Assembly: GCA_963663115.2 (NCBI GenBank)
Contig: CAXXNE010000001.1
Coordinates: forward strand, 81,862-145,861
Length of the DNA stretch: 64,000 bases
From: an uncultured Paludibacter sp.
GTDB lineage: Bacteria; Bacteroidota; Bacteroidia; Bacteroidales; Paludibacteraceae
Reading direction: 5' to 3'
A program made the position numbers and the translations under genes. Positions 10,478 through 19,848 of this stretch are shown piece after piece (positions within the stretch are counted from its first letter, which is position 1; each line of letters starts with the position of its first letter). The notes under the pieces are model-generated. The model was not told the origin of the DNA, made no database searches, and was given only the letters and a program-made list of their open reading frames with translations.

Positions 10478-11581
10478 CTAAGTACATGACAAAAATTTGA
10501 AAATATCTATATTTGATTGAAATTCAGCATTTAATAGTACGGTTGCAATATAAGTTAGACCATATTTGAAAAAGCTTTTGCGCCTTTTACCATTGTTTAA
10601 AATTTTGATTGGCTTATCATGTTCGTGTAAATATATTCCGACCAAATATGCCCAACAAAATGCAATTGTTACTAAAGCTACAAGTTTTTCAATTCTTTTT
10701 ATATCAGTCAAGTGAGTGTCTTCTAAATTGAAACCACTTGTTTTCATTGCTCTAAATGCAGTTTCAATCTGCCAGCGTTCTTTGTATATTTTTTGCGCAA
10801 TTTCAGGTTTACAAAATGATATAACTATCTGAAATTCTGGTTTTCCTTCTTTGTTTTTTATTTTTGAAGCAGACAAGTAACACAACTGATTGTGAATGTT
10901 ATATATCGAGTGTAAGAATCTTGTTTCATTCAATTTTAAATTGCTAAAGAGCCATGTTGCCTTAAACTGTGTACCTGTTTTAGGATTCAAAACCCAGAAA
11001 TTATCCCGAATGCGAATATGATATTCAATTCGGTTAAAGTTCAGATAACTAATCCAATGTTCACCTACAAATTCACGGTCTGCCACCAGATATTGAATGG
11101 TTTCTTTCCCAAACAACCGAATGTAATGATTCACGATTTCAATTCTCTCTTTTGTATGAGAATTACCTCGTTTCGGCATTAATTTGAATATAATAGGAAA
11201 GGCAACACCTTTATAAACAATGGCTAATACCAAGATATTGATGTTTGTTTGTCCAAACTTCCAATTCGTTCTATCGATAGCAATCGAGTACGGTGGTTCA
11301 TGTGGCAAAAGTGCAAATATCAATCTTGCAATCAAGTCTTTGTCAAGTTTGTAATTAGCCATAAAACGTTGTATTCGTCGCAATGAAGAGTCGCTGTCAC
11401 AGCCATTTTCAAAGCCACTGGCAAGCTTTTCAAAACAAACGACTTGAACCTTGCAAAGAGCGCAAATAAACAGGCTTATGAACTTAATTCGGGCTAAGTT
11501 TAAACTTTTACCGAAGTATTCAACCAAAACTGAGGTTAAATCACTACTTTTGTGTGAGACCTTGGAATTCATTGTTTTCAT
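10478..11581 (-). CDS. IS4-family DDE transposase
   Basis: Contains the Y-2-R-3-E-6-K signature YKERWQIETAFRAMK, plus AIDRTNWKFG and VADREF acidic-residue contexts. The start is taken at ATG 11579-11581 (MKTMNSK...). Confidence 0.85.
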   Translation of the reverse strand: MKTMNSKVSHKSSDLTSVLVEYFGKSLNLARIKFISLFICALCKVQVVCFEKLASGFENGCDSDSSLRRIQRFMANYKLDKDLIARLIFALLPHEPPYSIAIDRTNWKFGQTNINILVLAIVYKGVAFPIIFKLMPKRGNSHTKERIEIVNHYIRLFGKETIQYLVADREFVGEHWISYLNFNRIEYHIRIRDNFWVLNPKTGTQFKATWLFSNLKLNETRFLHSIYNIHNQLCYLSASKIKNKEGKPEFQIVISFCKPEIAQKIYKERWQIETAFRAMKTSGFNLEDTHLTDIKRIEKLVALVTIAFCWAYLVGIYLHEHDKPIKILNNGKRRKSFFKYGLTYIATVLLNAEFQSNIDIFKFLSCT

Positions 11582-11702
11582 TATAACTGATTGGTATTCA
11601 GCTATAAAGATACAAAATTTCAAGGTCTTTACCAAATAAAATGACACTTATTTTATTGATAATCAAATAATTATATCGCTATATAATTTTTGTCATGTAC
11701 TA
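10478..11702 (-). mobile_element. IS4-family insertion sequence, apparently intact
   Basis: Perfect 17-bp terminal inverted repeats: AGTACATGACAAAAATT (10481-10497) and AATTTTTGTCATGTACT (11685-11701). An 11-bp direct repeat AATCATAATTT flanks it at 10467-10477 and 11703-11713. It contains a single transposase ORF. Confidence 0.85.
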
Positions 11703-11704
11703 AA

Positions 11705-12973
11705 TCATAATTTATAAAAAATTGAATTTATCCATAATTTAAAGTCTTTATTATTCATCGAACGAAATCTTTCTGAAAATCCCATTCCAATCATCATCCA
11801 AAGTGAAACACCCATGATGTCAAAACGATTTGTATCCTCAATCCAACCAAACAGAAAGTGAAATGCAATTAACAATCCAATTAGTTTGATATATAAATTA
11901 TTGGACTTATAGACCGCCAGATATGAACTTTTCAGATAAATAAGACAATACAGTACCATACCAACAAAACCTAGCCATGTAAATACATTGGGAAAGCAAA
12001 GTTCATTACTGTGGCGTTCATTTAGACCAGTCTTTAAATCATCGGACATGTATACGCCAAAAGCATCAGAATCGTTTCCTCTTGCAGGCGTTCTACCCCA
12101 AAATATATAACCGTTTTTCATGGCTGATTGAATCACTTCAACATATATAAATGTACGGGTATCTGCTGATAAATTTTCTTCTACTATATGTCCATCTTCC
12201 ATATGTGTTACTATGCGTTCATTGGTAAATGTATCTAAACCGGAAAACAAATTAAACACTCCGGAAATCCCTAAACCTAACAAAATCAAAGGGAAAACCA
12301 TAAGAAGCCAATAGACGATATGTAAAATTCTATCAGATAAATTTCTATAGTATAAATAGACTATAATTAACAACAACGAGAAAGACGCTTTAATTACCTG
12401 ACTTCTAGCTCCAAAATTTGCAAATAGCATAAATATCAACAAACCAAAAAATAACAATTGCCATTTTTTTGAAGGAATAATTGGTAAAAAACATGCTAAT
12501 AAGAAAACAGGGCCTAAATAAAAGTGTTTAGAACCTGGCGAAGTAACCCATATAAAAAATATTAAAAATGCTGGAATGGCAAAAATCAACCATTTTCTTA
12601 AAATTTGCCTCAAAGTATCTGGATTACTAAACACATAAACAAATATTGGTAAAGAAAGTGCAAAAGTACCTTGTATCAGTTGTTTCCCCACCCAATAATT
12701 ATCAATCAGAAAAACTCCTCTTAAAACACTAATAATCAGCCAAATCAAATAAAAAGTAACAATTGTATATTCTTTATGGTTTTTAGGGTGAAAGAATATT
12801 TTCTTATACCTTAATACAGCAACAATTGTAGCAAAATCTATGATCCATATAATAATGGTATTACCAATTGGGACAAGACTCCATTGGTTAACAGATATAA
12901 ATGTTATAAATACAATTAGAAATGAGAGAATATCTTTAGTTTTGAATTGCATCCAGATTGAATTGATTGACAA
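11705..12973 (-). CDS. wzy: O-antigen/capsule repeat-unit polymerase (Wzy-like) membrane protein
   Basis: 422 aa made mostly of long hydrophobic segments with one larger hydrophilic loop, located in a Wzx/Wzy-type locus. The family call rests on topology and context only. Confidence 0.55.
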   Translation of the reverse strand: MSINSIWMQFKTKDILSFLIVFITFISVNQWSLVPIGNTIIIWIIDFATIVAVLRYKKIFFHPKNHKEYTIVTFYLIWLIISVLRGVFLIDNYWVGKQLIQGTFALSLPIFVYVFSNPDTLRQILRKWLIFAIPAFLIFFIWVTSPGSKHFYLGPVFLLACFLPIIPSKKWQLLFFGLLIFMLFANFGARSQVIKASFSLLLIIVYLYYRNLSDRILHIVYWLLMVFPLILLGLGISGVFNLFSGLDTFTNERIVTHMEDGHIVEENLSADTRTFIYVEVIQSAMKNGYIFWGRTPARGNDSDAFGVYMSDDLKTGLNERHSNELCFPNVFTWLGFVGMVLYCLIYLKSSYLAVYKSNNLYIKLIGLLIAFHFLFGWIEDTNRFDIMGVSLWMMIGMGFSERFRSMNNKDFKLWINSIFYKL

Positions 12974-13901
12974 GTTTAAATGGACATGAATTAATTAGTT
13001 GTGTGAGATTAATCTGTGGTTTAATCCATTTTTTTTTTACAAAATATACTAAATCATTTTGAATTAACAATTCAGAATAACTAATGGCATGTTTTATGCT
13101 ATATTTACTTACTGAATGATAGTAATCCAAATATTTAAAATTTGACTTTTTTGATGAAAATTCATCAAAAGATGTCCAGACAGTAGGTATCATATATGCT
13201 TCCGAGATAATAATTCCATGTAAAGAACTTGATAGTATAATTTCACACGAGTATATTTTGTCAATAAAGTCTTTCCAATATCCATATTTAGCAATATCTA
13301 TGAATAGCACTTCAGATACTGAAATATTTACAGGCAGTTTTACTGTAACTTTATTTAACTCGGAATAATGAAGTATTATTCCGATCTTAAATTTTTTTTC
13401 AATATGAGGTTGATAAATCAATGGAAATAGTAAAGCAGGATCACCATATACTTCTGGACACTCTATTCCACACTTTAACAATTGTTCTCGGGTTAAAGGG
13501 CCTCTTACCGCAAGTATTTTTTTTGGTTTCTTTAAACTATCAATTGGATGTAAAAGCCCAGCTCCCCATATTATTGACCTTTCATTACAATACCACTGTA
13601 TAATACTCCCAATAAATAAATAATTTATATGTGGAAATAATGAATATCTATATGGTATTACCTTTTTACCAGATATTATTTCCCCAAAAACAAAATTAAT
13701 ATCATCACCCCAATTGTAATTGCTTTTGATCATACGAGGCATAGCAAAGGCTATATAAATATGACCATTTGAAAAGATTCTTTCTGGAATAAAAAGCACA
13801 GAAGATAATTTATCAAAAAATCTATTTTTAACACTTAACCATTTCACACTAACTATCATATTACCAGTAACATCCGCCTTCAACAGCTTTAATAACATCA
13901 T
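12936..13901 (-). CDS. second polysaccharide pyruvyl transferase family protein
   Basis: The motif SSSLHGIIISEAYMIPTVW and overall layout are pyruvyl-transferase-like. The true start is probably an internal ATG near 13859, because the tracked ORF overlaps the upstream gene by 41 nt. Confidence 0.6.
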   Translation of the reverse strand: MMLLKLLKADVTGNMIVSVKWLSVKNRFFDKLSSVLFIPERIFSNGHIYIAFAMPRMIKSNYNWGDDINFVFGEIISGKKVIPYRYSLFPHINYLFIGSIIQWYCNERSIIWGAGLLHPIDSLKKPKKILAVRGPLTREQLLKCGIECPEVYGDPALLFPLIYQPHIEKKFKIGIILHYSELNKVTVKLPVNISVSEVLFIDIAKYGYWKDFIDKIYSCEIILSSSLHGIIISEAYMIPTVWTSFDEFSSKKSNFKYLDYYHSVSKYSIKHAISYSELLIQNDLVYFVKKKWIKPQINLTQLINSCPFKLVNQFNLDAIQN

Positions 13902-14856
13902 AATTTGTTATTTCCGGCCTTATCCAAAACTCATTCATTAAATCCGGATACGCATTATTTCTACCTATTCTAAAAGACCCATAATTCGGATCTTCCCAAC
14001 GTTTGCCTTTGATTCCAAAAAGCAATTGTAATGCCCCCCCAAGATGAACTGCTTTTTTACCCATACGTTTTGCATGAGCTGCTAATGGGAAGCCATAGGC
14101 ACCGCATCCGATTAGAGCTATATCATAGTCTTCTTTATCCATTTCAGATTTCATCCATTCTAATTCTTCAAACCATGAATTAAATCTATTGGGTTCGCGT
14201 TCATATATATTTATAGCTTTAATTGTGCGAAGTTCAAAATCAGGTAATATATTTGGATCTTTGAATAGTTTTTTACGATTCTCTCTATATTGCTTTTCAA
14301 TTAAATCTGAAAACATATTTATTACAAGAACTTTTTTGCCTTTCAACGCTCTTGTCCATGGATTTTGTGACCAATATGGCTCAATTGATATTAAAGGAAC
14401 TCGTTTTGCATGTGAAATATAATCTTTTATATAATATAAATTTTTATATTCTGTAAACCATTCAGCTAAAATATCAACCGAAGGAGCATCTTCCAACATC
14501 AACTGACTAAATCTAAAAAAATTATTTTCATCGTATTGTATAAATTCCATTTCGAATTTCGACAACAATCCCTTATTCCACCACCATTCCGGTTCCTCAT
14601 TGATTATATAGTTGAGCATAGAATGTTTTTTTGAGATCACCCCCATATAATTCACAATTAGACCTAGTTCTGCATCTCCAAACCTTGCAATCATACAGGG
14701 TTCTTTGCTCATTAATTTATTATATATAAGTTCCGAAACAATATTAAAATCCAATTCTTGTTCAATTAGAATTTTTTTTGAATCCTTATTTATTTTTGAA
14801 AAGAGTCTTTTTAAAACTCTTAATATAAATATATTATATTTATTCATGACAAACAA
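13861..14856 (-). CDS. hypothetical protein, possibly a GT-D (DUF1792-like) glycosyltransferase
   Basis: MIARFGDAELGLI and IGCGAYGFPLAAHAKRMGKKAVHLGG resemble DUF1792 motifs. This is recalled similarity only. Confidence 0.35.
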   Translation of the reverse strand: MFVMNKYNIFILRVLKRLFSKINKDSKKILIEQELDFNIVSELIYNKLMSKEPCMIARFGDAELGLIVNYMGVISKKHSMLNYIINEEPEWWWNKGLLSKFEMEFIQYDENNFFRFSQLMLEDAPSVDILAEWFTEYKNLYYIKDYISHAKRVPLISIEPYWSQNPWTRALKGKKVLVINMFSDLIEKQYRENRKKLFKDPNILPDFELRTIKAINIYEREPNRFNSWFEELEWMKSEMDKEDYDIALIGCGAYGFPLAAHAKRMGKKAVHLGGALQLLFGIKGKRWEDPNYGSFRIGRNNAYPDLMNEFWIRPEITNYDVIKAVEGGCYW

Positions 14857-15004
14857 CTAAGTAATATGATTATATTCTTTTGTGCATTTCTTTATAATAA
14901 GTGTAAATTCCAATGCATTACGATTTATATTCTAATCAATGGAATTTTAGAATGATAGTCTTTTCCTTTTCTTAACTTAAGTTCAAAATATCCGCCTATC
15001 TCTT

Positions 15005-15694
15005 TCATATCAATTCATAATTATTTAACATAACATTAATTTCTTCAACTGAATTAAACATCAACACATCCAAAATTGACAAAAAGGGAATAAATTCATT
15101 GTTATATTGCTGATATTCAATCAAATTTGTCTTAATAAAATTTAGACTAATATTTTCAAAAGAAAAATCCTCTTTATTATAAAGTTCTAGCCCTCCAATT
15201 GCATTATAATAAGACGTAGCACCTAGTAATTTACATATTGTAATCACTTTATCTTGACCTCTTAAATCATTATCTTTTGTAATTTGGGAAGACAAAATAA
15301 ACTCAGTTTTTATTTTTAAATATTCGGCAATTCTTATAATACTATTTGTAATATATAAAGCCAAATTATTTGAGTCGAATCTAATAATTTCATTAATTAA
15401 TGGAAACACATTTATAAAAAATGGTGATTTACAATATGCCTGTTTAATTGTTAACAACACTTTTTCTTTGTTTGTACCAACTTGAATTTCATTAATCTTT
15501 TTGTAAGGACTTGCACCTATCATGGGGACATTAATCATAGAAATTGAACCATTCAACAGTATTCTATTTCGATTAATCCAACCTCCTTTTATAAAATTTA
15601 CATCATCGTAAATAACATATTTATCAACTGCTTTTATCAACTGAAAATAGCCAATATAAGGTAAAAAATATGGTTGCATTATTGCTAACTTCAT
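15005..15694 (-). CDS. WbqC-family protein
   Basis: MKLAIMQPYFLPYIGYFQLI...YDDVNFIKGGWINRNRI is the characteristic WbqC N-terminus. It lies next to a DegT-type aminotransferase. Confidence 0.75.
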   Translation of the reverse strand: MKLAIMQPYFLPYIGYFQLIKAVDKYVIYDDVNFIKGGWINRNRILLNGSISMINVPMIGASPYKKINEIQVGTNKEKVLLTIKQAYCKSPFFINVFPLINEIIRFDSNNLALYITNSIIRIAEYLKIKTEFILSSQITKDNDLRGQDKVITICKLLGATSYYNAIGGLELYNKEDFSFENISLNFIKTNLIEYQQYNNEFIPFLSILDVLMFNSVEEINVMLNNYELI

Positions 15695-15698
15695 CTAA

Positions 15699-16808
15699 CT
15701 AAAATTTAATACAATTAATTACTCTTGTTATATCATCAACAGTTAATGAATGATACATAGGTAGGCAAATAACTGTATCGGCCATCTTATTGGCAACTGG
15801 TAAATTGGCTGGATTTGCAGAATCTAATCCTCTATAAGTAGAAAAATTACTAATGAGTGGGTAGAAATATCTGCGACCAAGTATATTTTGCTTTTTCATT
15901 TTAAAATATAGTTCATCACGACTCATTCCATATTTATCTTTATTTATGAATATTGGAAAATAGCTATAATTATGTAGAACATTAGGCATATCTTCCATTA
16001 AAGTTATCCCATTAATACTTCTCAATCCCTCTCTATATCTGATAGCTACCTGATGACGAGCTTCTATAGCATTATCTACTTGCTTAAGATTCAACAATCC
16101 ATAAGCACTACGTATTTCATCCATTTTACCATTTATACCGGGGCCAACAACTGTTGTTTCATCAGCAAATCCAAAGTTTTTAAGATAATCAATTCGCTCT
16201 TTTGTCTTCTCATCATGACAGACGAGAGCACCTCCTTCTATAGTATTATAAACTTTAGTGGCGTGAAAACTCAATGTAGAAATATCTCCAGCTTCTAATA
16301 ATGATTTGCCATTTAGTTCTACACCAAATGCGTGGGCTGCATCATATATTACTTTTAGTCCATATTTATCTGCAATTTCTTGTATGCGCTCAGTATCACA
16401 TGGATTGCCATATACATGTACTGGCATAATAGCTGTAGTTTTTGGAGTGATCGCTGCTTCAATTTTATCAGGATTAATATTGCAAGTATCAGGGTCAATA
16501 TCAACAAACACTGGTTTTATATTATTCCACCACAATGAATGTGCAGTTGCAACAAAGCTATAAGGTGTTGTTATAACTTCACCTGTAATACGCAATGCCT
16601 GTAATGCACATAGTAAAGGAATAGTTCCATTTGTAAACAAGCTTATACATGAGACTTCAAGATACTCACATAGTGCTTTTTCAAGTTTCTGATGGTAATC
16701 TCCATTATTAGTCAACCATTTACGAGTCCAAATATCTTTCAAGTATTCATTAAATTCGCCTAAGTCAGGTAATAATGGACTTGTAACCGTGATAATATTT
16801 TTATCCAT
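15699..16808 (-). CDS. DegT/DnrJ/EryC1/StrS-family PLP-dependent sugar aminotransferase
   Basis: 369 aa containing YDAAHAFG and SFHATKVYNTIEGGALV (the PLP-lysine region). Confidence 0.85.
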   Translation of the reverse strand: MDKNIITVTSPLLPDLGEFNEYLKDIWTRKWLTNNGDYHQKLEKALCEYLEVSCISLFTNGTIPLLCALQALRITGEVITTPYSFVATAHSLWWNNIKPVFVDIDPDTCNINPDKIEAAITPKTTAIMPVHVYGNPCDTERIQEIADKYGLKVIYDAAHAFGVELNGKSLLEAGDISTLSFHATKVYNTIEGGALVCHDEKTKERIDYLKNFGFADETTVVGPGINGKMDEIRSAYGLLNLKQVDNAIEARHQVAIRYREGLRSINGITLMEDMPNVLHNYSYFPIFINKDKYGMSRDELYFKMKKQNILGRRYFYPLISNFSTYRGLDSANPANLPVANKMADTVICLPMYHSLTVDDITRVINCIKF

Positions 16809-16894
16809 AAATTACTGGGATTTATTTATAGTGATATTGAAATATAATCCATTCACTTATCTATTTACGATTCAGTTAAAAAAAAATATGAAAT

Positions 16895-17893
16895 TTAAAA
16901 TAATGCTTTTAGCTTATCAACATCAAAAGTTCCTTCATCCTCACAAAGTATCCAGTCTTTTCCTTCAGGATATGCACTCCAAAAAGATTTTGGACACAAT
17001 TTAATTCCCTCATTCATAAGGGCAGGGTCGTATGAAAATGAACTTTTACTTGTTATTATAAGATCAGCATATACAAGATTTGCAAAAGAGTTTTGTGCAC
17101 TTACGCTAAAACACCAATGAAGATTATCATATCTGTTAAATTCAGGGAAGTCATCTGGTTTTCCCTGAGAAAAAAAATATATATGTATTGGTTTATTTGT
17201 TTTTAAATTTTCAATAACTTGCATAAGAACATTATCATAATACTCATTACTAAGGTAACGCATTGTCAAATTTGGATTGTTAGCATCGCTCAAAATATCA
17301 CCCCTTCGTATATGGACGGCAATATTATAATTATTTTTATCGTACAAAATCGAATCATTTACTCTCGAAGAAGCAGATAAAAATTTACTTTTTATAAATA
17401 GAGCCATTTCATCTGGCGAATACCTATATGGCTGATCAACTTCTGCAATAAAAACTATTTTTTCTCCTTGATAGGAAGCAATTATTTGCTTATTAATTTT
17501 AATACTATCTAAATTGTCAACATTGAAATAAGGAAGCTTTCGTACTTTATAACCATTTTTTAGTAATTCCTTTACAGATACTTCTCCTTCTCCGAATCCC
17601 AAGAATGCATCCCATCTTTCTTTAGAGAAAGGAAGATAGGCAAATTTAAGACCCCAGTCTTTTGCAATAAAATATCCATGACACCATACATCCAATTGAT
17701 GCCCGATACCTGCACCTTGATTTGGCCATGCCGCATAATACATTTCTGGTGTGGGATTATAATCATCATTCTTGACTCCTAATAAAATATAATGCCAATA
17801 CGAAGGATACAAATACTTATATACTATTGTATTAAGAGTAAAATTAACAATTATATGCCATAATCGGCTTTTTATTTTATTAACCAATTTCAT
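16895..17893 (-). CDS. putative GT11-like (alpha-1,2-fucosyltransferase-type) glycosyltransferase
   Basis: GAGIGHQL, HIRRGD and ITSKSSFSY resemble the three GT11 motifs (GGLGNQ, HxRRGD, STFSWW). Confidence 0.45.
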   Translation of the reverse strand: MKLVNKIKSRLWHIIVNFTLNTIVYKYLYPSYWHYILLGVKNDDYNPTPEMYYAAWPNQGAGIGHQLDVWCHGYFIAKDWGLKFAYLPFSKERWDAFLGFGEGEVSVKELLKNGYKVRKLPYFNVDNLDSIKINKQIIASYQGEKIVFIAEVDQPYRYSPDEMALFIKSKFLSASSRVNDSILYDKNNYNIAVHIRRGDILSDANNPNLTMRYLSNEYYDNVLMQVIENLKTNKPIHIYFFSQGKPDDFPEFNRYDNLHWCFSVSAQNSFANLVYADLIITSKSSFSYDPALMNEGIKLCPKSFWSAYPEGKDWILCEDEGTFDVDKLKALF

Positions 17894-18694
17894 TTATCTA
17901 CTCCAGTAATACTTACGTTTCGACCATAAAAGAATAATAAGATTCCATCTGGTTTTAGAAAACCAATTTCTAATTTGAAATTGAATCCTTTTTTTTAATG
18001 TATTAGGTGTATTTTCGTCATACACTCCTCTCTTTGAAAAATCAATAATATATTTTTCATTTTCTAAAAACTCAATATATTGAGGATCCCATTTACCAAC
18101 TCGTAATGCACCTCCAGGTAGGGATGGTATTGCATTATCATTTGTATATGCTGTTTTTAAATGGTTTACATTAGCTCGCATCGAACCAAACCATTCCATT
18201 TCCCATGGTCCGTCATCAACGTTTAGACACTCAATAAACTTTATTTTTTTCCAAAATGCTAATTGTGACGATAACATATCCACGCTAGGAGGAATAAGAA
18301 TCTCAACTTTTCTGAAATTTAAAGGAACAGTAACTTCGTTGGGTGATGCATTTCTGAGAACAAGAGTATCCAGATTACATTTCAAAAAAAACTGAAAATA
18401 TTCTTCAACAAGCTTAGAATCGACCTTATTCATCAAAAACAAATCGTCCATCATTAGTAGTATATAATCTTCTTCAACTTTTTGCAATCCTGCAATTTCT
18501 CTATCAGAAAAATTTCGAACGCCAACTTTTAGATTAACTATATTTAACCCATTGTAATCAAAATCTTTTTCTTCACTATTAATATATATTTTTCCTGAAT
18601 AATCAGGCCAATATTTTTTGAAGAAATCACAAAAAGGAATCCATAAATCGGAATATTTATCACATGTATGGTAAAAAATAGCAAATTCATTCAT
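17894..18694 (-). CDS. hypothetical protein of the polysaccharide locus
   Basis: 266-aa ORF tightly packed between neighbours, with its stop adjacent to the next start. It has a DD-containing segment (YILLMMDDLFL) but no family was recognised. Confidence 0.4.
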   Translation of the reverse strand: MNEFAIFYHTCDKYSDLWIPFCDFFKKYWPDYSGKIYINSEEKDFDYNGLNIVNLKVGVRNFSDREIAGLQKVEEDYILLMMDDLFLMNKVDSKLVEEYFQFFLKCNLDTLVLRNASPNEVTVPLNFRKVEILIPPSVDMLSSQLAFWKKIKFIECLNVDDGPWEMEWFGSMRANVNHLKTAYTNDNAIPSLPGGALRVGKWDPQYIEFLENEKYIIDFSKRGVYDENTPNTLKKRIQFQIRNWFSKTRWNLIILLWSKRKYYWSR

Positions 18695-18716
18695 AATAAT
18701 TGAGTACTTTATTTAG

Positions 18717-19835
18717 TTATTTAAATTTTTTTGAAAGTTCTAACGACTCTGCTATTACATGATGCATATCCATATACCTGTATGTTGCTAATCTACCTAC
18801 AAATGATATATTTTTTAGTTTAGCAGCTTCCTTTTGATACTTTTTTAATATATCTATATCTTTTTGTAATCTTTTTGGATAGTAAGGTATATCTCCATCT
18901 TGCGTCTCTTTACTGAATTCTTTGAAATAAACAGTTTTTTCATGTTCTTCCCAAGGAGTAAAATGTTTATGTTCATGTATTCGTGTATATGGTATTTCTA
19001 CATCTGAGTAATTGATTACAGCATTTCCCTGATAGTCATCTTCTGCATAATAATCTTCAAAAAAGACAGTTCGATACGCAAGTTTTCCATGTTTATATCT
19101 GAAAAATGCATCAATGGGTCCGGTATAAAATACGTGATCAAATTCTATTAAATCCCAATCAGAGCTGAACTTTGTGTTTAATTTAATTTCAATATTAGGG
19201 GAATCCAACATTTTTTCGAAAATTGCGGTGTATCCGTCTTTTGGTATTCCCTGATATTGATTAGCATAGTAATTATCGTTATAGTTAAATCGAACAGGCA
19301 AACGTTTTAATATACTTGCAGGTAATTCAGTTGGCTCACATCCCCATTGTTTTTTGGTATATCCATAGAAAAATGCCCTATAAAGATCTTTACCTATTAA
19401 CTTCAATGCTTGTTCTTCAAAATTTTTCGGTTCAATTATTGAATTATCAGCAATAGAACGAATAAAATCCTTAGCTTCTCTGGGGTTTAGTGTTTCACCA
19501 AAAAACTGATTAATTGTATGTAAATTTATTGGCATTGAGTAAACTCTACCACTGCAAATAGATTTTACCCTATTAATAAAAGGTATCATATTGCAAAACT
19601 GCTGAATATATTCCCATACTTCCTTATTATCAGTATTAAATATATGTGGGCCATATTTATGTACCATTATATTTGTTTTTTTATCACGTTCTGTATAACA
19701 ATTTCCACCTAAGTGGAATCGCTCATCTAGTAGAGTTATTCTATTTAAATTATTTTGACTTAATTGTTCTGCAATTACTGAACCCGAAAATCCAGTTCCA
19801 ATAATTAGGTAATTATGTCCTTTTTCTTTCTGCAT
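18717..19835 (-). CDS. glf: UDP-galactopyranose mutase
   Basis: IIGTGFSGSV FAD-binding N-terminus, LGGNCYT, KYGPHIFNT and FVGRLATYRYMDMH are all characteristic of Glf. Confidence 0.9.
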   Translation of the reverse strand: MQKEKGHNYLIIGTGFSGSVIAEQLSQNNLNRITLLDERFHLGGNCYTERDKKTNIMVHKYGPHIFNTDNKEVWEYIQQFCNMIPFINRVKSICSGRVYSMPINLHTINQFFGETLNPREAKDFIRSIADNSIIEPKNFEEQALKLIGKDLYRAFFYGYTKKQWGCEPTELPASILKRLPVRFNYNDNYYANQYQGIPKDGYTAIFEKMLDSPNIEIKLNTKFSSDWDLIEFDHVFYTGPIDAFFRYKHGKLAYRTVFFEDYYAEDDYQGNAVINYSDVEIPYTRIHEHKHFTPWEEHEKTVYFKEFSKETQDGDIPYYPKRLQKDIDILKKYQKEAAKLKNISFVGRLATYRYMDMHHVIAESLELSKKFK

Positions 19836-19848
19836 ATAAATTACTTTT

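Noticed and set aside
17572-17769. Same-strand alternative-frame ORFs nested in larger genes (also 23012-23278, 28641-28859, 27366-27551, 40563-40778)
   Set aside because: Each lies wholly inside a longer ORF with clear family signatures. There is no independent evidence for overlapping genes.
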